A DNA stretch of 32,000 nucleotides, taken from Halomonas sp. M4R1S46. GTDB taxonomy: Bacteria; Pseudomonadota; Gammaproteobacteria; Pseudomonadales; Halomonadaceae. The stretch lies in assembly GCF_025725685.1 (NCBI RefSeq), contig NZ_CP107008.1, positions 684,235 to 716,234 on the forward strand, in the 5' to 3' direction. Under the pieces are notes generated by a model that was not told where the DNA came from, did no database searches, and was given only the letters and a program-made list of their open reading frames with translations. Below, one piece after another: positions 21,107-29,824 of the stretch (its first letter is position 1; each line of letters begins with the position of its first letter). The translations under genes were made by a program, and so were the position numbers.

Positions 21107-21636
21107 GCGATCGCCCAGAGTTGCACGTTGCACCCCCTAGGGGATGCAACCCGCAACTTTCCCAAGAAGAGGGGGCAACTTTTCCCCCGTCCGATGCAAC
21201 CGGTCATGCAACCGGCAGCCTGAAAGCCTTGGCTGACAAGCGGTTGCGGGAGATAGAAAGCAACCGGGCGTGCAACTCGCCTGCAACCGAGGGGCCTGAA
21301 AGCGTGCAACTTTCGGCCGACTCGGCGACCCCTGAAGTTGCACCCGAGGCAGGACCCGAGACCGTGAGCCGGATGGACTGGTTGGAGTGGGTCACGGCCC
21401 GGGTACCGCTGGTGCGTGAGGATCGGGAATACGTTTGGTCCCGCCTGGCCACACTGCCGCCCCATGCCATGGAGCGGGCGGCCAAACGATACGTCCAGAC
21501 CTGGGCCGAGGCCGCTGCGGCCGAGCCGAAGCCCCACCGGAAGGAGAACGCCGGGCGACGTGCCGCGAACCACACCCTCCTGGCCTTGATCCAGCCGAAG
21601 TGCTGGCGCTGGAAGCAAGAGCACCGTAGGCCGTGA
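21103..21636 (+). CDS. Hypothetical protein (177 aa) downstream of the rep gene, with repetitive N-terminal half
   Basis: ATGA overlap with the rep ORF; intact C-terminal DWLEWVTARVPLVREDREYVWSRL. Confidence 0.65.
   Translation: MSDRPELHVAPPRGCNPQLSQEEGATFPPSDATGHATGSLKALADKRLREIESNRACNSPATEGPESVQLSADSATPEVAPEAGPETVSRMDWLEWVTARVPLVREDREYVWSRLATLPPHAMERAAKRYVQTWAEAAAAEPKPHRKENAGRRAANHTLLALIQPKCWRWKQEHRRP
21120..21342. repeat. Cluster of GTTGCA/TGCAAC iteron-like hexamers inside the 21103 gene; candidate replication origin
   Basis: Exact copies at 21120, 21127, 21145, 21195, 21207, 21271, 21282, 21305, 21337 plus degenerate GCAAC copies; CAACTTT(T)C variants recur. Confidence 0.55.
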
Positions 21637-21721
21637 GCAACCAGGAGTCTGAACCATAATCCATACCCCTATCACGCCTGCCGTTGCCTACCGCTGACCC
21701 GATCGACCTGGCGGTGTGTGC

Positions 21722-22060
21722 ATGGACACACCGCGCATCAACGACTGGCTGGACTCCGAGCTCGTGCAGATCAGTCGCAAGGAGGCGGCCCTGCCAGCGG
21801 CCGTTTCCTTGCCTGAACTGGGCGATGGCAACGGCCTACCGTGGGATCTCGACGAGCTGCCCGACATCGATCTGATCACCCGGGACGGCGAGGTGTGGGC
21901 AAGGGGTACGCAAATTGCTCACGCCTTGGGCTACCACTGGCTGCCCCAGGGCCACCGACCATGTGAAGACGATGGGGCTGATCATCACGCGTCACGAACC
22001 CAACGGGATCGGCTGACACCCGCCCCACTGACCACCCCGAGCCACACCATGAGGAATTGA
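21722..22060 (+). CDS. Hypothetical protein (about 112 aa)
   Basis: Intact ORF; WDLDELPDIDLITRDGEVW; weak support. Confidence 0.4.
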   Translation: MDTPRINDWLDSELVQISRKEAALPAAVSLPELGDGNGLPWDLDELPDIDLITRDGEVWARGTQIAHALGYHWLPQGHRPCEDDGADHHASRTQRDRLTPAPLTTPSHTMRN

Positions 22061-22256
22061 CTCGACACCTTGGGCCCGCTGGTCCCGGCGCTGAACAACA
22101 CTCGGCTTCGCTCACTCACGCTCTCGGCGGGGAGCCTTATCATTCCTGCGCCCTGTGGATAACTATGGCGAAGTTCACAATATTTTGTGCCATTTGTGGA
22201 AGATATGCGCATATGTGCTATAAACAAGGGAGGCTGTATATATGGACAGGTAACGT

Positions 22257-22427
22257 ATGGGGCATCCGCTAAACCTTCCACCTCGTGGCAAGCAGATGAA
22301 GCCAACCCGCCACCGACGGCGTGAGCTGTACGACATGCTCGAACGGATGGCCAACGAAGGTGATCCCCACGCCGTTGGCTGGCTCCTGTTCCTCAGTGAG
22401 CCGGTACCGAGATCTGCAGCGAAGTAA
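22257..22427 (+). CDS. Small hypothetical protein (56 aa), absent from the supplied ORF track
   Basis: Manual translation MGHPLNLPPRGKQMKPTRHRRRELYDMLERMANEGDPHAVGWLLFLSEPVPRSAAK*. Confidence 0.5.
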   Translation: MGHPLNLPPRGKQMKPTRHRRRELYDMLERMANEGDPHAVGWLLFLSEPVPRSAAK

Positions 22428-22494
22428 TACTGGAACACGCTATCCATCGCTTTCATCGCATCCGGTGCTGGCGCGAACTGAAACAGGAGGGTCA

Positions 22495-25308
22495 ATGGCC
22501 GATCTCGAGAAAACCGTCGCAATCATCTTCGAGGGCGTGGACCGGATGGGGGACGGGGTGAACTCCGCCACCCGCAAGATCGATGGCCTCGCCGGCAGTG
22601 TTCAGAGCGCTACCCAGCCGCTGGCGGATGCCACGATCGGCCTCGCCAAGTTCGAGGGCGCCCTGATCGCCGGTGGCGCCGCCGCCACAGCCTTCGCCGT
22701 GAAGTTGGCCGGTGACTTCGACACGCAGTTCCGCGAGATCGCCACGCTGATTGGCCAGCCAAGCGAGGCGCTGGGCGACTTTCGCGAGGAACTGCTGGCC
22801 TATGGGCGCGAGTCCAGCCAATCACTCGACCAGGTCAACTCGGCGGTCTACAGCGCCATCTCGGCGGGCATCGATTACACCGACTCCCTCGAGGCGGTGC
22901 GACAGGCCGAGCAGCTGGCCATTGCCGGTAAGGCCAACCTCGGGGAATCCCTGACGGTGCTGGTGTCCTCGCTCAACGCCTATGGCGTGGGCATGGAGGA
23001 GGCCGAGCGCTTCTCCGACCTGCTGTTCCAGACTGTGCGCAGCGGCCAGACTACGCTCCCCGAGCTGGGGAGCTCGCTGGCCAATGTGACAGGCCTGGCG
23101 GCCACCGCCGGCGTCAGCTTCGATGAGCTGCTCTCGGCCGTGGCCACGCTCACCGCCACCGGCTCCAGCACCAGCGAGGCCATCACGCAGGTTCGCGGGG
23201 CCATCTCCAACATCCTCAAGCCGACCAGCCAGGCAAAGGATCTGGCGGCGGATCTCGGCCTCGAGTTCAATGCCACTGCCCTGGAGTCGAAGGGCTTCGC
23301 CGGCTTCATGGAAGACGTAGGCGAGGCCACCGGGGGCAGCACGGAGAAGATGTCACTGCTGTTCGGTGACGTGAACGCCTTGAACGGGGCCCTGACGCTG
23401 ACCGGCTTGGGGGCCGAGAAGTTTGCGGAGACCATCCTCGATATGGCGGGCAGTGCTGGCGCTACGGCCGATGCCTACGGGGAGATGACCGAAGCCATCG
23501 ACAACGGCAGCCAGCGGATCCAGAACGCTATCAAGGCCGCCTTCGTCGGGTTCGGGACGCCGCTGCTGGACGAGTTCGGCAGCGTTCAGGACGCCATCGC
23601 CGCCATCTTCAATGCCATCGGCGCCTCGATCGAGTCGGGCCAGCTGTCCGGCTTCGTGGATCTCCTCGAGAAGGAGTTCCAGGGTCTCGAAAAAACCTTC
23701 CAGGAGGTGGCGCAGAATCTCCCGGATGCTCTCGAGCAGGCCGACTTCTCCAGCTTCTTCGATGGCATCGAGGCCCTACAAGATGCGGTCAGCAACCTCT
23801 TCGATGGCGCCGACCTGAGCAGTACCGACGGACTGGTCTCGGTGATCGAGACGCTGGGCCTGGGGTTCGAGGCGCTTTCCCAGTACGTGGCTGGCGCTAT
23901 CGAGGGCATTGGCCCCTTCCTCCGCCAGCTGGCCGACCTGACGCAGTTTTTCCTGGAGCTGGACCCGGCGGTGTTCGCGGCGGCCGGTACCATCGGCGGG
24001 TTATCGATCGCTATCAACACCCTGGCGACCGCGGCGTTGACCACGACCGGCGCCGTTCGCGGGCTCGCCGGGTCGGGGGGCGTGATCGCCAAGGGCACGC
24101 CAATCCTCAAGGGCATGGTCAGCGTTCTCACCGGCCCCCTCGGCCTGGCGGCGGCCGCCGCCGCGGTGGGCACCGCTGTTTACAAGGCCGGCGAGCAGTT
24201 CGTCGACCTCAATCGCGACCTGAAGGAAAGCCGCCGCGCCCACTCCGATCTGGCGGAGGCGGTCCGCGAGGGCAGGCAGGTATGGGACTACGCCATCGGC
24301 GACTACGTGGCCGCTGGTGAAGCCCAGGTGACCCTGCAGGACCGGGTCAACGCCAGCCAGGAATCCCTGGCCGACTGGGTGCGCAGCCTGGGGGAGACCT
24401 CGACGGAGACCGAGCGGAATGAGCGGGCTCTACGATCAGCTGCCGCCCAGTACACCAACTGGGATCGTGTAGTCGAGGAAGCCTCGAAGAGCAGCGAGTC
24501 GTTCAACCTGGCGCAGGAAAAAAACGCCGATATTCTTCGCGATGTGCTCGAGGCCATCGGCCCCCTCGAGGATGGCTGGAAACGGGTGGCTGATGGTGTC
24601 TACGAGAACGTCATCAACACCGCAGAGCTTGAAAATGCCTACCAGAAGGTAGCAGACGCCTTCGATGAGGGGCTGATCTCCGAAGAGCAGTTCAAGAACC
24701 TGACGGACTACTACGAGACCCTCAAATCCGGGGCTGACGCCGGTGTAGAAGGCAACAAGGACCTCGCCGATGCTGCGCTGAAAACCGAAAAGGCGATCCT
24801 CGAGGAGCGCAAGGCGGTCCTGGCGACCGAACAGGCGCTCGAGGAGATGGCCAGCAACGAGAACATCAAGGCCATGGAGTTCACCGCCGAGATCAAGGTG
24901 GCCGAGGCCGAGGCCGAGGCGCGCAAGGTCGAGGCAGTATTCAACAGCATAGGGACCGCCGTCGAGTCGACGGGGGAAACCCTGTCGTCGATGTTCGGCA
25001 CCTTGGGTCAGTTCGACTCACGCACCTCCAGCGGTTTCCGGGAGCTGGAGGACATCGTCCAGGACGAAGCGAAGCGCCGCGACAAGCTGATCAACTCGCA
25101 AACCAAGCACCTGGATGCCATGACCGACAACCTGAAGGCCAGGACGGAGGCCCTCCGGAATGGCGACGGGCTGGTCAAGATCGACTCCACCGGCCTGGAG
25201 CCGGCGCTGGAGATGATCCTCTGGGAGATCCTCGAGAAGATCCAGCTACGCGCCAACGCCGAGGGCCAGGAGTTCCTGCTCGGCCTCAACTCAGGATCGA
25301 GCGTATGA
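22495..25308 (+). CDS. Phage tail tape measure protein, TP901 family (937 aa)
   Basis: RBS CAGGAGG; FDTQFREIATLIGQPSEALGDFREELLAYGRE..., GLAATAGVSFDELLSAVATLTATGSSTSEAITQVRGAISNILKP; central hydrophobic segments; C-terminal coiled coil. Confidence 0.92.
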   Translation: MADLEKTVAIIFEGVDRMGDGVNSATRKIDGLAGSVQSATQPLADATIGLAKFEGALIAGGAAATAFAVKLAGDFDTQFREIATLIGQPSEALGDFREELLAYGRESSQSLDQVNSAVYSAISAGIDYTDSLEAVRQAEQLAIAGKANLGESLTVLVSSLNAYGVGMEEAERFSDLLFQTVRSGQTTLPELGSSLANVTGLAATAGVSFDELLSAVATLTATGSSTSEAITQVRGAISNILKPTSQAKDLAADLGLEFNATALESKGFAGFMEDVGEATGGSTEKMSLLFGDVNALNGALTLTGLGAEKFAETILDMAGSAGATADAYGEMTEAIDNGSQRIQNAIKAAFVGFGTPLLDEFGSVQDAIAAIFNAIGASIESGQLSGFVDLLEKEFQGLEKTFQEVAQNLPDALEQADFSSFFDGIEALQDAVSNLFDGADLSSTDGLVSVIETLGLGFEALSQYVAGAIEGIGPFLRQLADLTQFFLELDPAVFAAAGTIGGLSIAINTLATAALTTTGAVRGLAGSGGVIAKGTPILKGMVSVLTGPLGLAAAAAAVGTAVYKAGEQFVDLNRDLKESRRAHSDLAEAVREGRQVWDYAIGDYVAAGEAQVTLQDRVNASQESLADWVRSLGETSTETERNERALRSAAAQYTNWDRVVEEASKSSESFNLAQEKNADILRDVLEAIGPLEDGWKRVADGVYENVINTAELENAYQKVADAFDEGLISEEQFKNLTDYYETLKSGADAGVEGNKDLADAALKTEKAILEERKAVLATEQALEEMASNENIKAMEFTAEIKVAEAEAEARKVEAVFNSIGTAVESTGETLSSMFGTLGQFDSRTSSGFRELEDIVQDEAKRRDKLINSQTKHLDAMTDNLKARTEALRNGDGLVKIDSTGLEPALEMILWEILEKIQLRANAEGQEFLLGLNSGSSV

Positions 25309-25781
25309 GCAAGAAAACGCCCCTCCAGGGGGGGCTGGGTGACTCTGGCGCTGAAGACAAGCCGGCCGGGTATTGGCAGCTGGTGACGAAGCTGGCCGTC
25401 GCGAACCTGGCCGAGAAGAAGCATCGCCGCCAGCGGCTGGCGCACCTGGAAGCCCTGCGCGCCCTGGTGAAGGACCCGAGGGGAGTGGACTGCCCTGAAA
25501 TCGAGGCCGCTGGGCGGGCGCTGGCTGAGGCGCCGGAGGTGGCGATTCTGGAGCCATTCAATGCCTTTTCTGCTGCGGTGGCGGCTCGGGCCCGCGAAAC
25601 AACAGACCTGGGGGAGGGGCAGGCACTGAGTCACCTGTCCACGCGCGTGATGGAGGAGATGACCGCCTTGAGTGAGGCCATTGATGCGCAGCTGGCGGCC
25701 AGCAATGAAGCGGCCCTTATTCGGGCTCAGGCGCTTCGCTTGATGGAAGAGCAGAAGAAGGGGCCGGGGGTGCTTCATTGA
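25305..25781 (+). CDS. Hypothetical protein A of a tandem paralogous pair (158 aa)
   Basis: ATGA coupling with the tape measure gene; aligns along its length with the 25915 product. Confidence 0.7.
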   Translation: MSKKTPLQGGLGDSGAEDKPAGYWQLVTKLAVANLAEKKHRRQRLAHLEALRALVKDPRGVDCPEIEAAGRALAEAPEVAILEPFNAFSAAVAARARETTDLGEGQALSHLSTRVMEEMTALSEAIDAQLAASNEAALIRAQALRLMEEQKKGPGVLH

Positions 25782-25914
25782 GCGCGGCTGCGAGCATCTC
25801 GCTACTAGCCGGGGGCATGGTACATGTGCCACCCGCCGCTCTGCTGGCGCCTGAACGCCCCGGCCTCCTGGGCCAGCCGCGCCCTCGAACGAAAGCAAGG
25901 GGGAGGGGGTATTG

Positions 25915-26349
25915 ATGCCGACCAGCATGATCATCGAACTGGGCGAACGCGAGGCCGCCGCCCGCGCCCGCCGCGACTATCACCACCAGCGCTTCGACCG
26001 GGTGCTGGACAACCTCAAGGCGCTGGGCGCCCGATCCCCGGGCGTGTCCTGTCCGAAAGTCCAGGCCGCCGGCCTGGCGCTGTCGAAGGCCTCCCGTGGC
26101 GAGGTGCAAAAACCCTTCATGGCCTTCGCTGACGCGCTGCTCGAGTACGCCCGCACCGAACCTGAAAAAGACCAGGGGGAGGGGGTGACGCGTCTGGCCA
26201 GCCGGGCCATGGGCCATATGCGCGAACTGGCACACCACGTTGACCATGAGGTCACGGCGCAGCGAGAGCTCCAGTTATTCGCGCACTTGCATGAGCAGGC
26301 GCGCCAGCAGCTGGGTGAGGCGTCCCAGCCGCGAGGGGCGGGGGCATGA
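25915..26349 (+). CDS. Hypothetical protein B of a tandem paralogous pair (144 aa)
   Basis: LGARSPGVSCPKVQAAGLALSKA...KPFMAFADALLEYAR...GEGVTRLASRAMGHMRELAHHVD parallels VKDPRGVDCPEIEAAGRALAEA...EPFNAFSAAVAARAR...GEGQALSHLSTRVMEEMTALSEAID. Confidence 0.7.
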   Translation: MPTSMIIELGEREAAARARRDYHHQRFDRVLDNLKALGARSPGVSCPKVQAAGLALSKASRGEVQKPFMAFADALLEYARTEPEKDQGEGVTRLASRAMGHMRELAHHVDHEVTAQRELQLFAHLHEQARQQLGEASQPRGAGA

Positions 26350-26471
26350 GCGCCACCGCGCCCCAATCCCTGACGGCGGCGGCTGGTGCGTGTCAGCGGC
26401 AGAGCGCCGAGCTGGCGCTGGGCGCTCCGGCAGCGTCCTCGCGCGCTCGCCAGGCTTCAGCCGGCAGAAAA

Positions 26472-26494
26472 TCGCGGGTCCTTCTGGCGGCCCC
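26472..26494 (+). repeat. cos-like 23-nt sequence, copy 1, upstream of the small terminase gene
   Basis: TCGCGGGTCCTTCTGGCGGCCCC; 22/23 identical to 29825..29847; resembles the lambda CTCGCGGG cos context. Confidence 0.5.
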
Positions 26495-26687
26495 TACCCC
26501 GTCCACGGGGACGCAGAGTCCCGGAGTTCGACAAAATTTCGGTGCCCCTGGGTGCTCCACCGCAGGTGGCAGCAAGCCCAGGCATGGCGCGGGATCTGAG
26601 CTGTACGAGCTGAGCATGGCGGCACGAGGATCGGCCGCCTCGATGTACAGGTGAAGGAGGAGCGCCGCTGGCGCTGACAGGCAGACG

Positions 26688-27197
26688 ATGGGCGAGGTGA
26701 TCGGACGCGAACAGGCCTACCACTGGTCGATCAGCCGCATCGCCGAAGCGATCGGTCGCGACCGGCGCACGGTGGCGACGCTGATCAAGGATGCCGGGAT
26801 CCCGCCGGCCGGTACCCGTCGCGGGAATCCCGTGTACCGGCTGGGTGATGTGGTCGACGCGATAAGCACCGACCGCCGCCCCGCCGCCAGTGGTATCGAC
26901 ATAAACGACCTGATGCCGCAGGACCGCAAGGCCTGGTACCAGTCGGAGAACGAGCGGGTGAAGCTGGAGCGCGAGCTGCGCCACCTGGTGCCGGTGGACG
27001 ATGTCCAGCGAGAGATGGCCGCCCTGGCCAAGGCCATGGCCTCCAGCCTCGACAGCCTGGCCGACATGCTCGAGCGGGATGCCGGGCTGCCGCCGGAGGC
27101 GATTGAGATGGTCGAGCGTGTGACCGACGCCATTCGCGAGCAGATGTACCGCGCGATCATCGAAAACGACGACGAAGACGCCGCCGCGGAAGCGTGA
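26688..27197 (+). CDS. Nu1/DUF1441-like terminase small subunit
   Basis: YHWSISRIAEAIGRDRRTVATLIKDAGIPPAGTRRGNPVYRLGDVVDAI winged-HTH signature; position downstream of a cos-like site. Confidence 0.8.
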   Translation: MGEVIGREQAYHWSISRIAEAIGRDRRTVATLIKDAGIPPAGTRRGNPVYRLGDVVDAISTDRRPAASGIDINDLMPQDRKAWYQSENERVKLERELRHLVPVDDVQREMAALAKAMASSLDSLADMLERDAGLPPEAIEMVERVTDAIREQMYRAIIENDDEDAAAEA

Positions 27198-27242
27198 CGG
27201 CCACCGCCGGCGCCGCCGGCCAACGAGAAGGAGAGCAGCACC

Positions 27243-28310
27243 ATGACCACTGCGACGAAAAGTAAGGCGCCGGCCGCGGCGGAAAGCTGGAGCACCTGGC
27301 TCGAGCAGCTCGACCAACTCCAGGAGGAGCGCGCCGAGATCACAGGCCTGGGCGAGGCCCGCAAGATGCTGGAGCGCGCCAAGATGGGCGTCCAGTATGT
27401 CATCCGCCTGGCCGATCACTACCACTACCCGGGCCGCTTCAAGCATTCCAGTGCCGAAGACGACACCGAGGTTCTGCTGGAACTGATGAGGCATATCCGC
27501 GCCGATACAAGTCGCGCCCTTCAGGCGACGAACTGGCACGACCAATCGGCGGAGCGCCAGGCCTACATCAAGGATCTGGACGCCCGAGCGAAGCGGGCCG
27601 CCGCCAACTTGCAGAAGGCGGCCGAAGAAGCCGCAGAGCTGGAGCATGCCCGCGGGGAAGTCGATCAGCGTCTCGAGGATCTGGAGGCCAAGGCGCCGAA
27701 GGCCTCGGCAACCAGCCTGGCCGCCCTGCGCAAGGAGCGCGACGCCGCCACCGCCGAGCGTGACCGGATCGCCAAGTCGCTGGGCAACATGACAGCGGAT
27801 GACAGCCCGCTGGCGCTGGCGCGGGAAGCCGAGCAAACCGCCCAGGAACGCCTCGATGAAGCGGAGGCACTGCTGGCCATGGGTGAGGCCAATGACGAGG
27901 ACGTGAAGGCCGCGAAGAGCGAGGCGGACAAGGCCCACAAGGCGCTGGAGGCGCGTCAGGCCGACCACCGCAGCCAGGATGCCGCCCGGCGCGGCATGTC
28001 GCGCAAGCTGGAGCAGGTCGACAGTCGCCTGGAAACCCTGAGCCGGGCCTATCGCCAGGCGCTGGGGCGTGTGCGGCATGCCGACCTGGCGGCGCTCGAA
28101 GGCGAGATTGTCGAGGAGATCGAGCGCATCGCCCAGCAACGCCTCCAGGCCCTGGCCGCGATCTATGCCGACCTGGAGGAGGCCGAGCCGGGCAACTCAT
28201 ACGGCCCCGCTCGCCTCGAGGTGAAACTGCCCCACCTCCACCACCACCGGGAGGCCGACATGCTCAACGGCCACGGCCTGACGATCACCGCCTATGGGCG
28301 GGAGGAGTGA
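27243..28310 (+). CDS. Hypothetical coiled-coil protein (355 aa)
   Basis: Extended heptad-rich central region, intact ORF in the + operon. Confidence 0.75.
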   Translation: MTTATKSKAPAAAESWSTWLEQLDQLQEERAEITGLGEARKMLERAKMGVQYVIRLADHYHYPGRFKHSSAEDDTEVLLELMRHIRADTSRALQATNWHDQSAERQAYIKDLDARAKRAAANLQKAAEEAAELEHARGEVDQRLEDLEAKAPKASATSLAALRKERDAATAERDRIAKSLGNMTADDSPLALAREAEQTAQERLDEAEALLAMGEANDEDVKAAKSEADKAHKALEARQADHRSQDAARRGMSRKLEQVDSRLETLSRAYRQALGRVRHADLAALEGEIVEEIERIAQQRLQALAAIYADLEEAEPGNSYGPARLEVKLPHLHHHREADMLNGHGLTITAYGREE

Positions 28311-28313
28311 CCC

Positions 28314-28571
28314 ATGCCCAATTCAAGCCCATATCGCAGTGCCGCCTATCGCAAGGCAGCGCGCGCCGCGGCCTTCAGCCGCATCAAGGCGGAGGAAGAG
28401 CGCACGCCGGAGCGCATCGAGGAAGATCTGGCCGCCGCTCGCCAGAGAGTCGAGGAGCTGGAGCGGGAGCTGGCAGACGCCAAGCACAAAGATGAGGAGC
28501 CAGTGGAGGCCCGGCTAGACATCAATCGCATCTATGCCCGGCAGAATGGCCGGAAGGGGGAGCGGGCATGA
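28314..28571 (+). CDS. Small coiled-coil hypothetical protein (85 aa)
   Basis: MPNSSPYRSAAYRKAARAAAFSRIKAEEERTPERIEEDLAAARQRVEELERELADAK; ATGA overlap with the next ORF. Confidence 0.6.
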   Translation: MPNSSPYRSAAYRKAARAAAFSRIKAEEERTPERIEEDLAAARQRVEELERELADAKHKDEEPVEARLDINRIYARQNGRKGERA

Positions 28572-28822
28572 TCGTCACCCGACCCCGCGGAGCCATCGTT
28601 ACCAACCCCGCTCGGCGCACCGCGGCCGAGCTGGACCAGCCAAACCTCCGCTACGCGGCACCGCTGGACCGGTGCCGGCAGCACCAGGTGGAACTCTATA
28701 CCCGCGGCGGCCGCCGCTTTGCCCGGTTGTTCGGCGAAGACCGCGAAGCCCTCCAGGCGCGTGCCGATCGCTGGCGCGCGCATATCTCGCCCAGCCTCGA
28801 GCAGCGCTGGCCAGAATCCTGA
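28568..28822 (+). CDS. Small hypothetical protein (84 aa)
   Basis: Coupled ATGA start with the preceding ORF. Confidence 0.55.
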   Translation: MIVTRPRGAIVTNPARRTAAELDQPNLRYAAPLDRCRQHQVELYTRGGRRFARLFGEDREALQARADRWRAHISPSLEQRWPES

Positions 28823-28866
28823 CCGTGGCTGGTTCCAGGGTGCCCGGGTCTCGTCAGCCCGGGCTT

Positions 28867-28895
28867 GGGGTCACCATATCGGTGGCCCCTTTTTT
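28867..28895 (+). terminator. Intrinsic terminator of the morphogenesis/packaging operon
   Basis: GGGGTCACC-ATATC-GGTGGCCCC (one G-U) followed by TTTTTT. Confidence 0.85.
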
Positions 28896-28983
28896 CACCG
28901 TCGACCGCTGCCCCGCTGTAGGGCGCCGCCGAACGCTACCGCGCCAGCCTGCGTAATGGGCAACCACCATCGGAGGCCGTGCC

Positions 28984-29250
28984 ATGCCGATGATCAATGA
29001 AGAGATCACCCGCCACCCTGTGGAGTACCGCCGTGAGCGCCTCGAGGAGGAGCGAGACCGTCTGGAGCGGCGCCTGACCTGGGCAGTGAATCGCAAGGAG
29101 GCCAGGCAGGTCGAGCGCCTGACCCGGCAGCTGGCCGAGATCGATCGGGAACTGGAGCGGCCACCCGAGGACCTGGAGGGGCGGGGCCGGGCGACATCGC
29201 TTCGCCGGCAGTACGGCGCGGAGTTGTGTGACGCCCTTGGGTGGCACTGA
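28984..29250 (+). CDS. Small charged coiled-coil hypothetical protein (88 aa)
   Basis: MPMINEEITRHPVEYRRERLEEERDRLERRLTWAVNRKEARQVERLTRQLAEIDRELE. Confidence 0.6.
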   Translation: MPMINEEITRHPVEYRRERLEEERDRLERRLTWAVNRKEARQVERLTRQLAEIDRELERPPEDLEGRGRATSLRRQYGAELCDALGWH

Positions 29251-29504
29251 TGACTGCCGAGGCCCCGAGCTCCCTCCTCCTGCGCGGCGCCCCGGTGCCT
29301 GATGACCTCTGGGACCCGGCAGACTGCCGCGCGCTGTGGATCGCCGCCCTGGAGATGTACCTGCGCGACGCGATCGCCGCGGCCAAGGGGAGCGAACACA
29401 GGGAGGCGGTAGCGGCCCTTCACGACCTGATGGGCGGCTGGAGATGCTGGCGCGGCTGTGCGAGCCCCTGGGGCTGGAGGTGGAGTCAGTCGCCGAGGGC
29501 ATGA
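29250..29504 (+). CDS. Hypothetical protein (84 aa), possibly frameshifted near its 3' end
   Basis: TGATG coupling with the previous ORF; plausible continuation LEMLARLCEPLGLEVESVAEGMRARAYS* lies in another frame to 29524. Confidence 0.45.
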   Translation: MTAEAPSSLLLRGAPVPDDLWDPADCRALWIAALEMYLRDAIAAAKGSEHREAVAALHDLMGGWRCWRGCASPWGWRWSQSPRA

Positions 29505-29514
29505 GGGCCAGGGC

Positions 29515-29769
29515 CTACTCCTGAGCCTTGTTCGTGGCCTTGTCGCGCTCGTTCATCTCGGTGACAGCCCGGTGGACGTCATCCTCTTGTGTGGCTTGGA
29601 CCCACCCACCCAGGACGCCGATGAAGATGATGATGCTGGCCACCAGGTAGGCCCACCAAGGGCCGGGCCAGTCGCGCCACAGCCCGAAGGCGATGGGGAT
29701 GATCACCGCCGCTGTGAGGCACCAGCCTGCCGCCGCGTTCTTCTGCTGATCGAGTTTGTTCTCTGCCAT
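29515..29769 (-). CDS. Small membrane protein (84 aa)
   Basis: Two hydrophobic segments, WCLTAAVIIPIAFGLW and WWAYLVASIIIFIGVLGGW; the upstream operon converges. Confidence 0.65.
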   Translation of the reverse strand: MAENKLDQQKNAAAGWCLTAAVIIPIAFGLWRDWPGPWWAYLVASIIIFIGVLGGWVQATQEDDVHRAVTEMNERDKATNKAQE

Positions 29770-29824
29770 GTCTCGCTCCCTGCGCTGAGTGGCTTTCAGT
29801 CTAGCCTAGCGAGGCTCGATGAAT

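Noticed and set aside
25782-25914. Possible 45-aa ORF (LSAAASISLLAGGMVHVPPAALL...) between the two paralogues
   Set aside because: TTG start, no convincing coding composition; not enough support to report as a gene.
26346-26654. 102-aa ORF across the region upstream of the small terminase gene
   Set aside because: Translation is low complexity and the region more plausibly holds a noncoding cos-like segment; not called as CDS.
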